A DNA stretch of 64,000 nt from Microcoleus sp. (GCA_042408215.1 JAYFMW010000028.1:256001-320000), one strand, 5' to 3'. Shown: positions 29,946-40,649, numbered from the stretch's first letter. Notes: generated by a model not told the origin, from the sequence alone. Numbers and translations: made by a program.

Positions 29946-32900
29946 ATGGAGTAAACAATTGCGGGAATCACTCCGCAATTCTGAGGACTTAAAAGCTTAT
30001 GCGGCTTCTAGCCTTTCCGACACTGATGCCAAGGTAAAGCATCGAGAAATTGTCCGTCTTGCCCAACTGATTGCCGAAGTGGAATTAGGGCTAACACTGC
30101 TGAGGGAAATAGCTCCTGAAGAACCTGCTGCCTCAGTCTCAGCTTTACTTTCGGGATATCGGTTTCCGGTTGAAGCACTCTTAAATGATGCTAACTGGCT
30201 GCTGGTAAAAAAAGCCCGTTTTTATCTCCTGCGGCGCAAAGGGAATCAATGGGAGCGATCGCTCTGCGAATATATCAGCATTCCTGAAATTTTGAGAATA
30301 TTCAGCTTAACAGACATCAGCGAAGTACCTGAATTAATTCCCTCAAGTACATACCCCCGCCGCTTGCAGCTATACCAGCAAACCCTATCAGCAACCCCGC
30401 AGCACAAAAAACGAAAAACCCAACTGGCAACTCCTGGGTATTGGTATGCCAAAATTGCCCACAAAGGTAACTCTCCCGCTGAGGTTCCTGTCAATATTCC
30501 CCAAGCTGTTGCTAATCTTGCACCCGCGCCGCAGGTATCTTTTCACCGCACGCGCACTCAGAACAATCCCTCTCATACCGTCACCCTAGAAGAGTTGCTG
30601 ATTTCAGCCCAGGAAATGGATTGTAAGCTGGCTGAATCGGGCTACGACCCAGAAAACTATCACAGTCGCCTTCAAGGAATTGCCTTGCGGTTATACGACG
30701 CATCAACCGATGATTTTTCCCCCGGTAGCGAACTGAAACTAGAGCAACTTGTCCACATAGTCGGTTTATTAAACGTTGGTAAATCCACACTGTTAGAAGT
30801 TCTGATTTACCATTTGGCCTCACAGGGATATCGCTGTGGCTTAATTGTTAATGATGTTGTTGCACAAGTGCGCCTCGCATCCTTGTTTTGGCACGGAATG
30901 GGGATTTCAGCGGCTCCCGTACTGGGAACCAATCGCTCTGAACAATTGGAAAAAATTTACGAACCCATCCTCGCAACAATGGGCGAGGAAATTGCACAAG
31001 GAGCCATTCATCCCGCGTGGCGCTGGTTTAGTTTTGTTTGTCCCTTATTAGCGTTAGTACAGTCAGAAGATAAGTGGGAATTTGGCGCGGAACCCTGTCA
31101 CAATCTTTACCAAAAAGTGACCGCCAACCAAAAAGAAAAAGCAATAGACAGTGAAGACTTAGAGGATTGGGAAGAAAGCGATACAGAAGATAAATATACC
31201 TGTCCTTTTTATTATAAGTGTCCGCGCCACCAACTAGAACGAGACATCGCTCAATCTTTGGTGTGGGTGCTAACAACCGCCAGCTTTATTCATACCCGCG
31301 TTCCCCGTCAGGTATTGGACGAAAATCTTACTTTTGCTGAAGCTGTTTACCGCGAATGCGACTTTCTGTTTGTTGACGAAGCTGACCGGGTACAGGTGCA
31401 ATTTGACGAAGCTTTTGCACCGGATGAAGTGTTAGTCGATGCTTCGGGAAACTCATTATTAAATAAACTCGGAATTAAATTTGCCACTGCTATTTACAAT
31501 TCCGATCGCCGCAGCATGGCTGCTGAATTAGTTGCAGCAGCAAAAAAAGCGCACGACAACGCTCAAAGTGCTGCTGACATCATCCTTCCCAAGCTGCACA
31601 ACCAATCCGAACTCGTTGAATGGTTGGGTTCAACTCCCTTCACGGGCCGTTCTGTATTTGCCCGCATTATCCGCGACATCCTAGAACCTCCACCGGAGAC
31701 AGAAAATAGCGAACCCAAAACTAAACTTACCCGCAAAGAACGCAGTCAGCAGCGGCGGAACCGGATTGAGGCCGGTTTGCCACCTTTCGAGGAACGCCAG
31801 CGCCGCAAACAGGTTATGCAGACAATAGAGAATTTTTTGCAAGCACCTCTCAACCGCCGTCAAGGAGGAGAACTTTCAGATATTGCCCATACCTTGTTGA
31901 GTGCAGAAAGCGAGACTTTGGCATTAGCTGAAGTAGCTAATTGGCTAAAGAGGTGGCTTGAATCTTTGGGAATTTCTATGGCCGATCAAACTAAGTTTGG
32001 TGAAGTCTCGCGCCACTTGTACTTTGCAGTTCTCGTGGCTGTGCTGACTAATCGGTTAGCTTTTTTGGTTGACCATTTGACCGCCTTAATGGGAACGCGC
32101 GTTATTGATTTGCACGACACCAGTCTTTCCCTAGTGTATCGCCCGCCTCGCGACTATCTGCCGGTGCTGCCATCTGCACCTGTGGGGAATATTTTGGGCT
32201 TCAAATATACGCCGGATCGCAGCAGCAGAGGTGGCAAATTGGAGTATTTTCGCTACGTTGGAGTTGGTCGCGATTTACTCCTGAATTTCCCCACTATTTT
32301 TGCTGTTGACGGTTGGGACGGCCCTCATACTGTGCTGATTTCAGGCACTAGCTACGCTCCGGGTGCTCCCGCTTATCACATTCGGAAAAGACCTACAGTA
32401 TTGTTAGAACCTGCCTCTAATAATCACAAAGCTGGCGATGCTGGAATTGGCGAAAGTGAGTTTTTCTTCACACCGCAGCAGAACGCTGTTGGAAATTACA
32501 TCGCTCTATCGGGACTGCCTCCTGCGGCACGGAAAAAAGCAGTAAAGGAGATGGTTGAGGCTGTCTGTAACAGACCAGGACAAGCTAAGAGCTTTCTCGA
32601 TCGCCTATTTGAGACTTTAACAGATAAAGGACAGCAAGACCAGCAGCGTTGGGGCGATCGCAAACGCCTTTTACTGATCGTTAACAGCTACGACGAAGCT
32701 GCACAGGTTGAGTCAGTTTTGAAACCAATTTACCGCGTTGAAAATATTGACGGAATTAAAGTTCTCCGCCGCGACAATGCTCCTGCTGACTTAAGCGGGA
32801 TTCGCCGGGGTAAAATTCGGGATTTAAACAAACTTCCCACTGAGATTGTAATTGCACCTTTAATGGCTCTAGAACGCGGTCACAATATCCTCAACGATCA

Positions 32901-33465
32901 CCGGATAGCAGCATTTGGATCGGCAGTATTTTTGAGCCGACCGATGCCAGTCCCCGATGACTGGCAAACCACTGTCCAGCAACTCAATAATTGGGCGCTG
33001 GAAAATTGCTTGAATTTCACTTTGTACGAGCCAATTCAGCGGCGAGGCGACACTCTAACCCTGGCAAATGTTCACAGTGAATTTTACAGGTATGCAATAG
33101 ACAAGATGCTCGATTTGAACTGTCGGGCGATGTCTTTCAAACAGTTGACTGATGATGAACGCTCTGTACTTTGTTGGACTCAGTTAGTGAGTATCTGGCA
33201 AATCATCGGGCGTTTGGTGCGGGGCGGCGTTCCTTGCATTGTTCATTTCCTAGATCTCAAATTCGCGCCGAAATCAGCCGAAGGGGAAGCCGACAGCGTT
33301 GTTACCTCACTTTTGGCGGGAATTATCAAAGAACTTCAAGACTCGGTTGAGGGCGAAGGAAAACGACCCTGTGACAGCACCCTCGCGCGATCGCTCTACG
33401 GAGCTTTCTTAAACTCACTCAAAAAAACAAAGAAAGAAACAAAGGAATTACGCTATGACATTTAA
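29929..33465 (+). CDS. pPIWI-RE system DinG-like SF2 helicase
   Basis: Walker A GLLNVGKST, Cys cluster CPL..PC..CPFYYKC, Walker B VDEAD, SGTS, ERGHNIL and motif VI QIIGRLVRG. It overlaps both neighbouring genes. Confidence 0.85.
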   Translation: MRDLAKWSKQLRESLRNSEDLKAYAASSLSDTDAKVKHREIVRLAQLIAEVELGLTLLREIAPEEPAASVSALLSGYRFPVEALLNDANWLLVKKARFYLLRRKGNQWERSLCEYISIPEILRIFSLTDISEVPELIPSSTYPRRLQLYQQTLSATPQHKKRKTQLATPGYWYAKIAHKGNSPAEVPVNIPQAVANLAPAPQVSFHRTRTQNNPSHTVTLEELLISAQEMDCKLAESGYDPENYHSRLQGIALRLYDASTDDFSPGSELKLEQLVHIVGLLNVGKSTLLEVLIYHLASQGYRCGLIVNDVVAQVRLASLFWHGMGISAAPVLGTNRSEQLEKIYEPILATMGEEIAQGAIHPAWRWFSFVCPLLALVQSEDKWEFGAEPCHNLYQKVTANQKEKAIDSEDLEDWEESDTEDKYTCPFYYKCPRHQLERDIAQSLVWVLTTASFIHTRVPRQVLDENLTFAEAVYRECDFLFVDEADRVQVQFDEAFAPDEVLVDASGNSLLNKLGIKFATAIYNSDRRSMAAELVAAAKKAHDNAQSAADIILPKLHNQSELVEWLGSTPFTGRSVFARIIRDILEPPPETENSEPKTKLTRKERSQQRRNRIEAGLPPFEERQRRKQVMQTIENFLQAPLNRRQGGELSDIAHTLLSAESETLALAEVANWLKRWLESLGISMADQTKFGEVSRHLYFAVLVAVLTNRLAFLVDHLTALMGTRVIDLHDTSLSLVYRPPRDYLPVLPSAPVGNILGFKYTPDRSSRGGKLEYFRYVGVGRDLLLNFPTIFAVDGWDGPHTVLISGTSYAPGAPAYHIRKRPTVLLEPASNNHKAGDAGIGESEFFFTPQQNAVGNYIALSGLPPAARKKAVKEMVEAVCNRPGQAKSFLDRLFETLTDKGQQDQQRWGDRKRLLLIVNSYDEAAQVESVLKPIYRVENIDGIKVLRRDNAPADLSGIRRGKIRDLNKLPTEIVIAPLMALERGHNILNDHRIAAFGSAVFLSRPMPVPDDWQTTVQQLNNWALENCLNFTLYEPIQRRGDTLTLANVHSEFYRYAIDKMLDLNCRAMSFKQLTDDERSVLCWTQLVSIWQIIGRLVRGGVPCIVHFLDLKFAPKSAEGEADSVVTSLLAGIIKELQDSVEGEGKRPCDSTLARSLYGAFLNSLKKTKKETKELRYDI

Positions 33466-36250
33466 TACCATTCTCCCTGGAGCCTGGGAATTGACTGAGG
33501 ACTTGGAATACAATCTCTTTTCCTTAATTGTTCCTACTGCATGGCAGCAAGTTGCTAAATCTCTGGCACAAAAGCGCGTCAGACTGCGTGGCAAAGGTTA
33601 TCCGTCTGTGCCCGTGTACTCGCTCGATCGCATCATAGCGGCCAGCTTCCCGAACATTATCCAGACGGTGCGTTATGGCTGGCAGCATCCGGGTGTAACT
33701 TGGCTGTTTGCAACAGAAAAGGCTGACCTTTCTGATTTGTCAGAATTCATCAAAGATTGGCTTCGAGAAGAATTTAGCGAGGCTTTGGGAGAGTCGGAAG
33801 TCGAGTCTAGTCTCGAAAATCTAGATAATCAAGCTTGGCATTGGGAAGACCCTAAAAGTTATTCTCTGCTGCGCCAGCCCGAAAATTCCTACGATGATAT
33901 CCGCTTCCAAGCAATTCCCGATTACCTAGCTGTTGAATTTCTCAAAAATCCTCAAGTCTGCTTTGGTGAAAACAATCTGTATGAACTAACCTTCTACCGA
34001 GTTGTCAGCCTCAATCAGGGTGCTGAACTGATGTCGTGGCCTCCCCATCCGGTGTCGCTGATTCAGAAAAACGAAGAAGTCGGTGCAGCAAATATTTCAT
34101 TTGTCATCCGTTTTAAGCTGCAAACAGTTCCTTGGCGCCGGGAACCGATTATTTACCACCAACTTTCTATTCGGCGGTGGATTGTGGAACCTCTAAAGCG
34201 TCTGCCGTACCGAGGAGCCACTGCCTTTATTGGCGATAATCACCGGTGGTTAGATGGTGTGCGACAACCCTTCTGTTTTATGCCTTTGGCTGTGAAAAAA
34301 CGTTCTGGTGGAGAACTACTGTGGCCTAAAGCGATCGGTGGATTACTTCTCAGCAATGACTCCCGACTTCCCGACCCAAAAGAGTTAGTTAAACAGCCAA
34401 AATATAATTGGTCTGCGTTTGGTCAAGAACCGGAGGGAATACAAATAGCCATTGCTTACGACACTCGGCATCCGGGCGATGTACCTTGTTTTCCCGGTGT
34501 CAGTCCGCTGGATTTAGCAAGTATCGATCGGGCAATTCAAAATAAGATCGAGCAATCTAATTTCCCTATTAAACGAGTGGGTGAAGCTACAAGGATAAAA
34601 TCCACGAACAAGAAAGGGAGAAAGAACAAAGGGCTAAAAAATTTTTGGGAACTAACCGGAGCGCCGAAAACACCGATGCTGCGAGCCGAAATTGCTGCAC
34701 CTGCTGTATTTCGTTCCGCCGAAAATCCTTTGCATACAATACTTATCCTCTGGGAAACCAAACAATGTCGAGATGCACTCATTTCAGAAATCTGTAAGTT
34801 ACTTTCTTTATCACCAAAAGGGGAGGCTCAGATTTATGAAACTTCTAAGGGAGCCAAAGGGGAAGAGATACTTTATGAAAGTCCTCACGGTTCTGTGCGA
34901 ATCAAAACTCAGCACGTCGAAGACTTGACGCAAAGACTCGATTTGGATAGTTCATCAGTCAAAGCTAACAGTCGCCAAAAACAGCGAGTTCATCTCATCG
35001 AAGAGCGCGTTAAACTGATTGTTTCATCCCTGCCAAAAGCGGAAGAAATCAGCGGTGCTTTAATTGAAATCAAGCCTAAAAAACAATTTTTCCCGCCGGA
35101 GTCAGATCCTAAGTTAGCATTAAGAATTGGGGCAATGAAGGCTGGCTATGTCAATCAACACATTCACGCAGTGACAGCTCAAAATAAAAAGGGTGAAGAA
35201 TATAACATTAAAAATTCTCCCAATCGAGTACAAAAAGCTGTATCGGATTTATGGCGACAATTCGGGATTCTGCCTGCTCCGATAATTGACCCAGAAAAGG
35301 ATGGCATCGATCCGAATTTGTGGCTGACTTGCTTCCAAGTTTTGCGCCGAACTCGCAAAACAACGGCTAGCAATACCCCTGCTAATGTTGCATTAATGGT
35401 GCGAGTTAATCCAGTCGCAGGAATCGTACAAGTTACCATTCCTTCTTTATTCCCGAAATGGGTATCGTATCCAGTCGGACTTGAATACCTGATCGGTGAA
35501 AAATGGGACTCGGATTCCTATGTTGATGAAATCACGGGTGATAGCGACGAACAACAGCAGTCTAGCGACAAAAAACGCGAACAGCAGTTTCTTAATAAAT
35601 TTGTAGCTGACTGTTTGAGAGATTGCCTAAATACCCCCATAGAAAAGGATAAACTACCCCGCCTACTATTTCTAGCAGAAGCGCAAAATGCCCGAAAAAT
35701 CCTGACGTGGCTGCAAAACCCCAAACTACCGGCCAACACTTTACCAGATGAACTGCAACGGCAATTGACAGAATCAGAACGAAATCGTCTGTGGGTTGTG
35801 CGGTTGCGAGTTGTAGTTAGCGGTGAAGTTCCTGTTTGTATTATCAAGGGTTTTCCTGGTAGCAGAACCAGCGGTTTATTCTTTTGGGATGGTGTGTGCG
35901 ATCGCCCAGAAAATGCGCTTTATCTAAGCATGAGGAAGAACTTAACTACTGAACAGGACTTATTACGTCGGTTAGAGTCTCGGCTCGATAATGGCAGCAG
36001 ACAAGCTGGAAACCCCAAACCTTTAGAGATAGCCGTTGTTAATTCCCCAGGAATTGAGGGCAGCAAATTAGCTTGTTTCGTCCACAATCTTAGAGACCGC
36101 TGGCCGTATTTTGCGGATGAAGTTTCTCTGCCGTTCCCCTTTCCCTTTGCCACTTTAGCCAAAGAGTATGCGGTGAGTGCCAAAGATATTGTGGAATTAG
36201 AGGACTCAGAGGAATCTGAGGAGTCAGAAGAATTAGAAGACTCAGACTAA
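33455..36250 (+). CDS. pPIWI-RE protein (divergent PIWI/MID module; DUF3962/DUF3893-like)
   Basis: AELMSWPP and SIRRW N-terminal motifs; DPKLALRIG..Q (MID-like); AQNAR, VRLR, LEI and LPFP..LAKEY (PIWI RNase H-like); third gene of the nuclease-helicase-PIWI triad. Confidence 0.82.
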   Translation: MTFNTILPGAWELTEDLEYNLFSLIVPTAWQQVAKSLAQKRVRLRGKGYPSVPVYSLDRIIAASFPNIIQTVRYGWQHPGVTWLFATEKADLSDLSEFIKDWLREEFSEALGESEVESSLENLDNQAWHWEDPKSYSLLRQPENSYDDIRFQAIPDYLAVEFLKNPQVCFGENNLYELTFYRVVSLNQGAELMSWPPHPVSLIQKNEEVGAANISFVIRFKLQTVPWRREPIIYHQLSIRRWIVEPLKRLPYRGATAFIGDNHRWLDGVRQPFCFMPLAVKKRSGGELLWPKAIGGLLLSNDSRLPDPKELVKQPKYNWSAFGQEPEGIQIAIAYDTRHPGDVPCFPGVSPLDLASIDRAIQNKIEQSNFPIKRVGEATRIKSTNKKGRKNKGLKNFWELTGAPKTPMLRAEIAAPAVFRSAENPLHTILILWETKQCRDALISEICKLLSLSPKGEAQIYETSKGAKGEEILYESPHGSVRIKTQHVEDLTQRLDLDSSSVKANSRQKQRVHLIEERVKLIVSSLPKAEEISGALIEIKPKKQFFPPESDPKLALRIGAMKAGYVNQHIHAVTAQNKKGEEYNIKNSPNRVQKAVSDLWRQFGILPAPIIDPEKDGIDPNLWLTCFQVLRRTRKTTASNTPANVALMVRVNPVAGIVQVTIPSLFPKWVSYPVGLEYLIGEKWDSDSYVDEITGDSDEQQQSSDKKREQQFLNKFVADCLRDCLNTPIEKDKLPRLLFLAEAQNARKILTWLQNPKLPANTLPDELQRQLTESERNRLWVVRLRVVVSGEVPVCIIKGFPGSRTSGLFFWDGVCDRPENALYLSMRKNLTTEQDLLRRLESRLDNGSRQAGNPKPLEIAVVNSPGIEGSKLACFVHNLRDRWPYFADEVSLPFPFPFATLAKEYAVSAKDIVELEDSEESEESEELEDSD

Positions 36251-36264
36251 TATCTGTTAATTTA

Positions 36265-37431
36265 CTAGCGAGAAGCGGCCCGCGTTAATAACAATCCCCC
36301 GATGCCAAAGCCAAAAACTATCGGCAGCCAAGCCGAAATCATCGGACTCAAAACAGCTTTGACGCCCATAGAACTGGTGATAAAACCAAATACATAGTAA
36401 GTGAAAATCACAACTACGCTAATGCCGAAACTCGTGCCTCTACCGGAGCGGCGTGGTTTAGTTCCCAAAGCTGCTCCTACTAAACCAAATACCATGCACA
36501 CGAAAGGAAAAGCATATTTTTCTTGAATTCGCACCTTGAGTTTGCGAATTTGTTGCTCGTCGCCGCTGTTTTTAATTATTTCCAAACGTTCTAAAGCTTG
36601 TGCAATATTCATTTCCTTGAAATCCCGTACTCTCGCTGCTAAATCTAAGGGTGTACGGGGGAGTTGCAACTGTTGGTGTTCAAATCTAACTATGTTGCGG
36701 TAAGAGCCGTCAGGAGCGACTATGTAAGCAGTTCCGTTGAAAAAATCCCAGGTATTTTCTGAGGGATTCCAGGTAGCTGATTCTGAGGAAACGATTTGAT
36801 TGAGGCCTGGGGTGGAGCGATCGATAATTGTTAAACCTTTCATACGCTGGCCATCAAACTGTTCTGCATAAAACCAGCGTGCTAGGATTTCCTCGCCGCC
36901 TTTTTCAGGTTTGCTAAATTCTGTATAGATGATATTTCTCTCTTGAAATTGCGGTTTTTCTCGCTTCAGGGCTCTGTCTAAAGTCAGAGTAGCCCGGTAA
37001 CTGGCGGCGGGTACAACTAACTCTTGCAAAGCGAAGGTGCAGCCGGTAACAACCAAACTCAGAATGACTGCGGGTAGTATTAGCCGATAAATGCTAACCC
37101 CGCAACTGCGGAGGGCTATGAGTTCGCTGTCGCTGGACATTCGGCTGTAAGCCATGAGGGTTGCTAGCAGCATTGACATGGGGAAAGCTAATACTACAAA
37201 GTAGGGAATTTGTAGCAGAAAAATTTCTAGGGCGGCGCCGTAGGGGAGGCCTGATTCTGTGACTCTGCGTATTAATTCAAATAAGGCTCCAACTGTGACG
37301 GCGACGGATGTAAATAGTCCAACGCCAAATAGAAATGGGCCGATTAGTTCTTTGGTAATGTACCAATCCATTACGGAAATTCTCGGCAGCCAGTTGATGG
37401 GATTGAAAGATTTGGACATTGCTATTTTCAT
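36265..37431 (-). CDS. LptF/LptG (YjgP/YjgQ) family LPS export permease
   Basis: Multi-TM protein with SSDSELIALRSCGVS; downstream of lptB. Confidence 0.9.
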   Translation of the reverse strand: MKIAMSKSFNPINWLPRISVMDWYITKELIGPFLFGVGLFTSVAVTVGALFELIRRVTESGLPYGAALEIFLLQIPYFVVLAFPMSMLLATLMAYSRMSSDSELIALRSCGVSIYRLILPAVILSLVVTGCTFALQELVVPAASYRATLTLDRALKREKPQFQERNIIYTEFSKPEKGGEEILARWFYAEQFDGQRMKGLTIIDRSTPGLNQIVSSESATWNPSENTWDFFNGTAYIVAPDGSYRNIVRFEHQQLQLPRTPLDLAARVRDFKEMNIAQALERLEIIKNSGDEQQIRKLKVRIQEKYAFPFVCMVFGLVGAALGTKPRRSGRGTSFGISVVVIFTYYVFGFITSSMGVKAVLSPMISAWLPIVFGFGIGGLLLTRAASR

Positions 37432-37497
37432 ACTTGCGCGCGATCGCAGATTGCTCCTTAAGCTAAAATCTAAATTTTATCATCTCAAATTGACTAA

Positions 37498-38244
37498 CTA
37501 GCGCACGAAGCTGTCGCCTAAGTAATACTGGCGTACTAAAGGGTTGCTGTAGAGTTCTTCTTCAGCCCCTGATGCTAAAATTTGGCCGTCTCGCATGATG
37601 TAGGCTCGATCGGTAATTTCGAGGGTTTCTCGGACGTTGTGATCGGTGATTAAGATACCAATTTTCCGATCGCGCAGTTTAGCAATAATTGTTTGAATTT
37701 CGTCTACGGCGATCGGATCTACCCCTGCAAATGGTTCATCTAAAAATAGGAACATCGGCCCGTCTCGCCCAGCAGCTAAAGCTCTCGCTAATTCTGTGCG
37801 TCGCCTTTCCCCTCCTGAAATTTGAATTCCCAAACTCGATGCAATTTTTTCTAAGCGAAATTCTTGCAGCAAGAAATCGACTCGATCGCGCCATTCCCAA
37901 CGGGGCACTTGAGTTTGTTCTAACACTACCAAAATGTTGTCGCGCACAGTCATGTTGCGGAAAATGCTGGCTTCTTGAGCGAGATAGCCTATTCCCAAAT
38001 GTGCTCGCTCGTGCATCGGCAATCGAGTGATGTCTAAATCGTTGAGCCAAACAGTGCCTTGATTGGGTTTTTCTAATCCCGTGGCGATGTAAAATGTTGT
38101 GGTTTTGCCTGCACCATTCGGGCCGAGCAATCCTACGATTTCTCCTTGTGCTACCGAAAGGTTGACGCGACTAACTACATTGCGCTTTCCGTAGGATTTG
38201 TGAATATTTTCGAGTACAATTTTCACCGTCGAGGCAACCTCCAC
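37498..38244 (-). CDS. lptB: LPS export ABC transporter ATP-binding protein
   Basis: GPNGAGKT, SGGERRR, LDEPFAGVDP, ITDHNVRE, YYLG. Confidence 0.95.
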   Translation of the reverse strand: MEVASTVKIVLENIHKSYGKRNVVSRVNLSVAQGEIVGLLGPNGAGKTTTFYIATGLEKPNQGTVWLNDLDITRLPMHERAHLGIGYLAQEASIFRNMTVRDNILVVLEQTQVPRWEWRDRVDFLLQEFRLEKIASSLGIQISGGERRRTELARALAAGRDGPMFLFLDEPFAGVDPIAVDEIQTIIAKLRDRKIGILITDHNVRETLEITDRAYIMRDGQILASGAEEELYSNPLVRQYYLGDSFVR

Positions 38245-38295
38245 AAGTTAAACTTCAGACTTCAGGTTTTAAGGAATGTCGTTTATAGTCGAGTC

Positions 38296-38797
38296 CCGAT
38301 CCCCCTAAATCCCCCTTAATAAGGGGGACTTTGACTGCTCCTAAATCCCCCCCTTCTTAAGGCAGGGCTGTTTCATTCTCAAACAAATCATCGTTTTGTA
38401 GGGGTAGTGCGACCCCTACTCCCCGTGCCTACCCTCCTCATCCACGATTTTGTAGGTGTTTCAGGCATCAGGGCAACCACGGGGGGATTGCCCCTACAAG
38501 AGAATGAAACAGCCCTGCTTCTTAAGGGGGACTTTGACTGCTCTTGTCCCCCCTTAATAAGGGGGACTTTGACTGCTCCTAAATCCCCCTTAATAAGGGG
38601 GACTTTGACTGCTCTTGTCCCCCCTTAATAAGGGGGACTTTGACTGCTCCTAAATCCCCCTTAATCAGGGGGACTTTGACTGCTCCTAAATCCCCCTTAA
38701 TAAGGGGGACTTTGACTGCTCCTAAATCCCCCTTAATCAGGGGGACTTTGACTGCTCCTAAATCCCCCCCTTCTTAAGGGGGGTTAGGGGGGATCTC
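38296..38797. repeat. Tandem ~36-bp hairpin repeats (CTAAATCCCCCTTAATAAGGGGGACTTTGACTGCTC)
   Basis: Near-identical units with no unique spacers, interrupted by a MITE. Confidence 0.9.
38363..38517. mobile_element. 155-bp MITE with 18-bp TIRs and a 10-bp target duplication
   Basis: TIR CAGGGCTGTTTCATTCTC / GAGAATGAAACAGCCCTG; CTTCTTAAGG duplicated at 38353-38362 and 38518-38527. Confidence 0.9.
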
Positions 38798-38878
38798 CGG
38801 GTCAAGAAAACACGCCCTAGGGGGGATCGAGAGGAATGTTGTATGTTTTGGTGACGCGAAATTTCGCTGCTGCGGCTG

Positions 38879-39349
38879 TTACCGGGGGGCTGCGGGAGGA
38901 CGTTGGGAGCCGACAGAGTTTTGGGCTGCTGCATCTTGCTCTGGGGCAACCAGATAGACGGATTCTACCTGCCCTGGCTTGTCTGGTAGGGCAATAAACC
39001 GCCCTTCGTCGATTAGGTATGTGATGGTTTCGCCGCGCAGGCTGTTGCCCTGCTGCAATACGTAAACGTCTCCGCTGAGAATGATCCGACGTTCGCGGCT
39101 GAAGTATTGAGCTTGAGCTGCGGTGGCCTGTATTTGGCGGGCTGGATAGTTGATTTGGACGTTGCCGCGGGCTGTCACGATGCCGGTTTTGGAGTCGGCT
39201 TCTTGAATGTCCGATCGCACGCTGAGAGTACGGGGCGGGGTGGCTTGCGGATAGGTGGGAGAGGCGATCGCGCCTGCCAGAGTCAGGGGCAACAGCAGCG
39301 ATAATCCTTTGAATATTCCCGAATTAAGTAGTTTAGCGGAGGGCATCAT
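38879..39349 (-). CDS. lptA: LptA/OstA family protein
   Basis: Signal peptide, SDIQEADSKTGIVTARGNV beta-jellyroll motifs; upstream of lptB. Confidence 0.8.
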   Translation of the reverse strand: MMPSAKLLNSGIFKGLSLLLPLTLAGAIASPTYPQATPPRTLSVRSDIQEADSKTGIVTARGNVQINYPARQIQATAAQAQYFSRERRIILSGDVYVLQQGNSLRGETITYLIDEGRFIALPDKPGQVESVYLVAPEQDAAAQNSVGSQRPPAAPR

Positions 39350-39676
39350 AACTTACAAGCCTCAAAATTTGTGAAATTGCTGAACGGCAGAACCTCCAGC
39401 TTTGCCACTGACAGATCAGCTATCCTTGCATTTAACTTGCCTGTTGAGACTGAGTGAAGGACACCGGACACGGCAACCGGGACATTTTTCTCGATGGAGA
39501 TTAGATGCACAACAGCTTATCAGTTAGGTATTTTATTTTAACGACCGGAAAGACTTTCGCAGTTGTCGATCGATTAATCCGAGAGTCTCAACCAATTATC
39601 CTAGCATCCGATTTGAGATTTTGGATTTGAGATTTTGGATTTGAGATTGAAGAGTTGTGTGAGAACCCCGACTTCT

Positions 39677-40078
39677 TTAAGCCTGCGGGGAGCTGGGTAT
39701 TGTTAATAACGGTACAAATTCAGCGACTCTTTCCGGCCCAGCTTGTTGCAAAGCACTCAAGAGTTTAGCACTTTCTCCCAGCAACTCTTCAACAGCAATT
39801 CCTGCATAAGTTGGCTGATAATAACTGAGCCGATTTATGCCTTCTCCCAATAAGATTACAGCCCCGCGCCAGTTAAGATTACCTAAGTGATAAAGTGCGA
39901 CAGCAATTTGCAATATTCCCTGATAAAACTTTTTTTCTGGCTCGTCGGCTTCCATCCACAAAGCCTCTAGTGTGTCGTGACAAGCATAGAATTCTTGGTG
40001 ATTAAACTGTTCGATACCTTCCCAAAACTCGCTCGGCATTTCTTCTTGCATTCTGATTTGAGATGAGAGATTTTGCAT
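39677..40078 (-). CDS. DUF309 domain protein
   Basis: FNHQEFYACHDTLEALW..YQGILQIAVALYH. Confidence 0.88.
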   Translation of the reverse strand: MQNLSSQIRMQEEMPSEFWEGIEQFNHQEFYACHDTLEALWMEADEPEKKFYQGILQIAVALYHLGNLNWRGAVILLGEGINRLSYYQPTYAGIAVEELLGESAKLLSALQQAGPERVAEFVPLLTIPSSPQA

Positions 40079-40152
40079 GGGGGATAGGGGAGTTTTTTAG
40101 AGTAGGCGGATCTGATGAAAATTCAGATAAAAACACCCGCCTACTTAACTGA

Positions 40153-40527
40153 CTACATAGTCTCTCTGACAGCTTGAATCTGATCCATTCCAATTTCCTG
40201 AGTAGTTCCAGCAAAATCATTATCTGGCGTCAGAAATAACATACAGTGACACTCTTTACGCTCACGCATGGGAATGCAGGGACAGTTCCAGTAGGCAGCT
40301 TTTACTTCGGCTTCCTTGTCTTCGTAGTGGCGACAAGGACATAAGGGAGCGCCTAGTTCGTCTTTGTGCTTTGCTAGTCCTTCAATTACTACGGCGGTGA
40401 CAGAAGGCTCCGAACAAAAGTAAGTATCGGTGCGCCGGGCGTAGGTTTCGGAGAAATTCTTCATCGCCTCCAAAGTTTTTTCGTTGGAGAGTTTGGATTT
40501 TTCTGTTGTGTTTTCTGTTGTGTTCAT
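40153..40527 (-). CDS. ftrC: Ferredoxin-thioredoxin reductase catalytic chain
   Basis: LCPCRHY, WNCPC and ECHCMLF cluster/disulfide motifs. Confidence 0.95.
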   Translation of the reverse strand: MNTTENTTEKSKLSNEKTLEAMKNFSETYARRTDTYFCSEPSVTAVVIEGLAKHKDELGAPLCPCRHYEDKEAEVKAAYWNCPCIPMRERKECHCMLFLTPDNDFAGTTQEIGMDQIQAVRETM

Positions 40528-40649
40528 AATTTAGGATCGGATTTGAGGATGTCACAAGCTTTTTATGATTGTACCGCAGAATGTGATTTTAAACACTTGA
40601 TATTTTGTAATCTAAAATTGACTTGACTTCCCTGGCTGACGCGGAGTTA

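Noticed and set aside
38296..38797. CRISPR-like 36-bp palindromic repeats
   Set aside because: The repeats abut directly, with no variable spacers.
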